Positions 63,060 to 64,000 of a DNA stretch of 64,000 bases are shown here, piece after piece; within the stretch, counting starts at the first letter, position 1, and every line of letters starts with the position of its first letter. The notes under the pieces are model-generated. The model did no database searches. It saw nothing but the letters and a program-made list of their open reading frames with translations, and had not been told where the DNA came from. The translations under genes were made by a program, and so were the position numbers. Source of the DNA: Octopus sinensis (taxonomy: Eukaryota); assembly GCF_006345805.1 (NCBI RefSeq), contig NC_043015.1:46314001-46378000 (forward strand), given 5' to 3'.

Positions 63060-64000
63060 GAGAGAGCGAGAGAGAGAGAGAGAGAACGGATTTCTTTCAG
63101 TTTCCTTCTACCAAATTCCATTCACAATTCTTTGGTCAGCCCGGTGGGGGGACTATAGAAGCCACTTGCGTAATGTGCCACGCAGTGGGACTGAAGCCGG
63201 AACTATGTTGTTGGAAAGCAAACTTCTCACCACACATCCACGTCTGCACCTATATATACAATATGTAGGCACTGGCGCTGTAATATTTTGTTTCATAAAT
63301 CCCTGTCAATCGCACTTTGCGTCAAAAACACAAGCCTCTGCTCAGAATGCCAATATATCGCTTATTGCTCAGTTTCAATCTGATGAGTTTCATCAGTGAT
63401 AAACAACCTGAGCGTTCGGAGCTAAACCAAAAATGCTTATTCTGATAAAGAAATTGGTAAACAAAATATTTACTGGTGTCTGTGACAACCAGCCAGGCTG
63501 TGATTAAATTAATATACGCACTTGAAACAACTTTAGATTAAATATACAGGCGTGTATGATATTTGTAATGTGTGAACAAAAATGGAACGGCTCTAGCTAT
63601 AATATTTCTCCCAGAGAATTTTTCAAAGAGACTAGCATAAAAATAGAACCGTTTAAACATATTATAGTACCATGTAAACATAATTTAATATCGCTGGGAC
63701 ATAATATCGTGTCGTTGAAACATGGTAAGCATTTAAACATATTATATTGCAGTTGAATTATAATACAGCATCGTTGAAAGTTAGCGTTAATGAAAAGCAT
63801 TGCCGCGCGTACACTAGTGGCTCTCGCGTTTTTTTTTTTTTGTCTGGTTCTGCAATGTTAAACATAAAGGAGCCATTGTTTGTACTAAAATATGTATATA
63901 AGACAAGATGGCTACCCAAGTGGAAAAGATGCGGCTAGATAGCAAAATCACGAAACGGTAAAGAGATGAAGAGAAACCTAGAACAACAGATGCTACCGTT

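Overview
Eukaryotic, AT-rich, microsatellite- and SINE-saturated DNA, most consistent with an octopus (coleoid cephalopod) genome; the taxon is inferred from repeat content. The only host gene I can support is a minus-strand plasma-membrane-type Na+/H+ exchanger (SLC9A/NHE, CPA1 family). I reconstructed 18 coding exons by hand from 35771 (ATG) down to 656. All have GT-AG junctions and compatible phases, giving 1697 nt (565 codons + 2 nt): signal peptide, the complete transport domain and the start of the cytosolic tail. The gene runs off the left edge, and a 5' UTR exon is implied upstream but was not located. The rest is tRNA-headed SINE families, LINE 3' fragments (CR1, RTE, L1/Tx1, REL-endonuclease), MITEs (pogo/Tigger, mariner/Tc1, hAT), non-autonomous Helitrons, microsatellites and a 100-N gap. 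The most unusual signal is a set of type I hammerhead-ribozyme-like folds in at least three unrelated (TA)n-associated repeat families. They recurrently carry a non-canonical CCGANGA (U4C) core, and one complete copy lies in the sense strand of an NHE intron. Other notable items: NHE substitutions at known amiloride-sensitivity positions, a 113-bp array made from a transposon end plus host flank, a head-by-tail matrix of chimeric SINEs, fixed-junction SINE multimers, and a chain of LINE ends nested in (TAA)n arrays.
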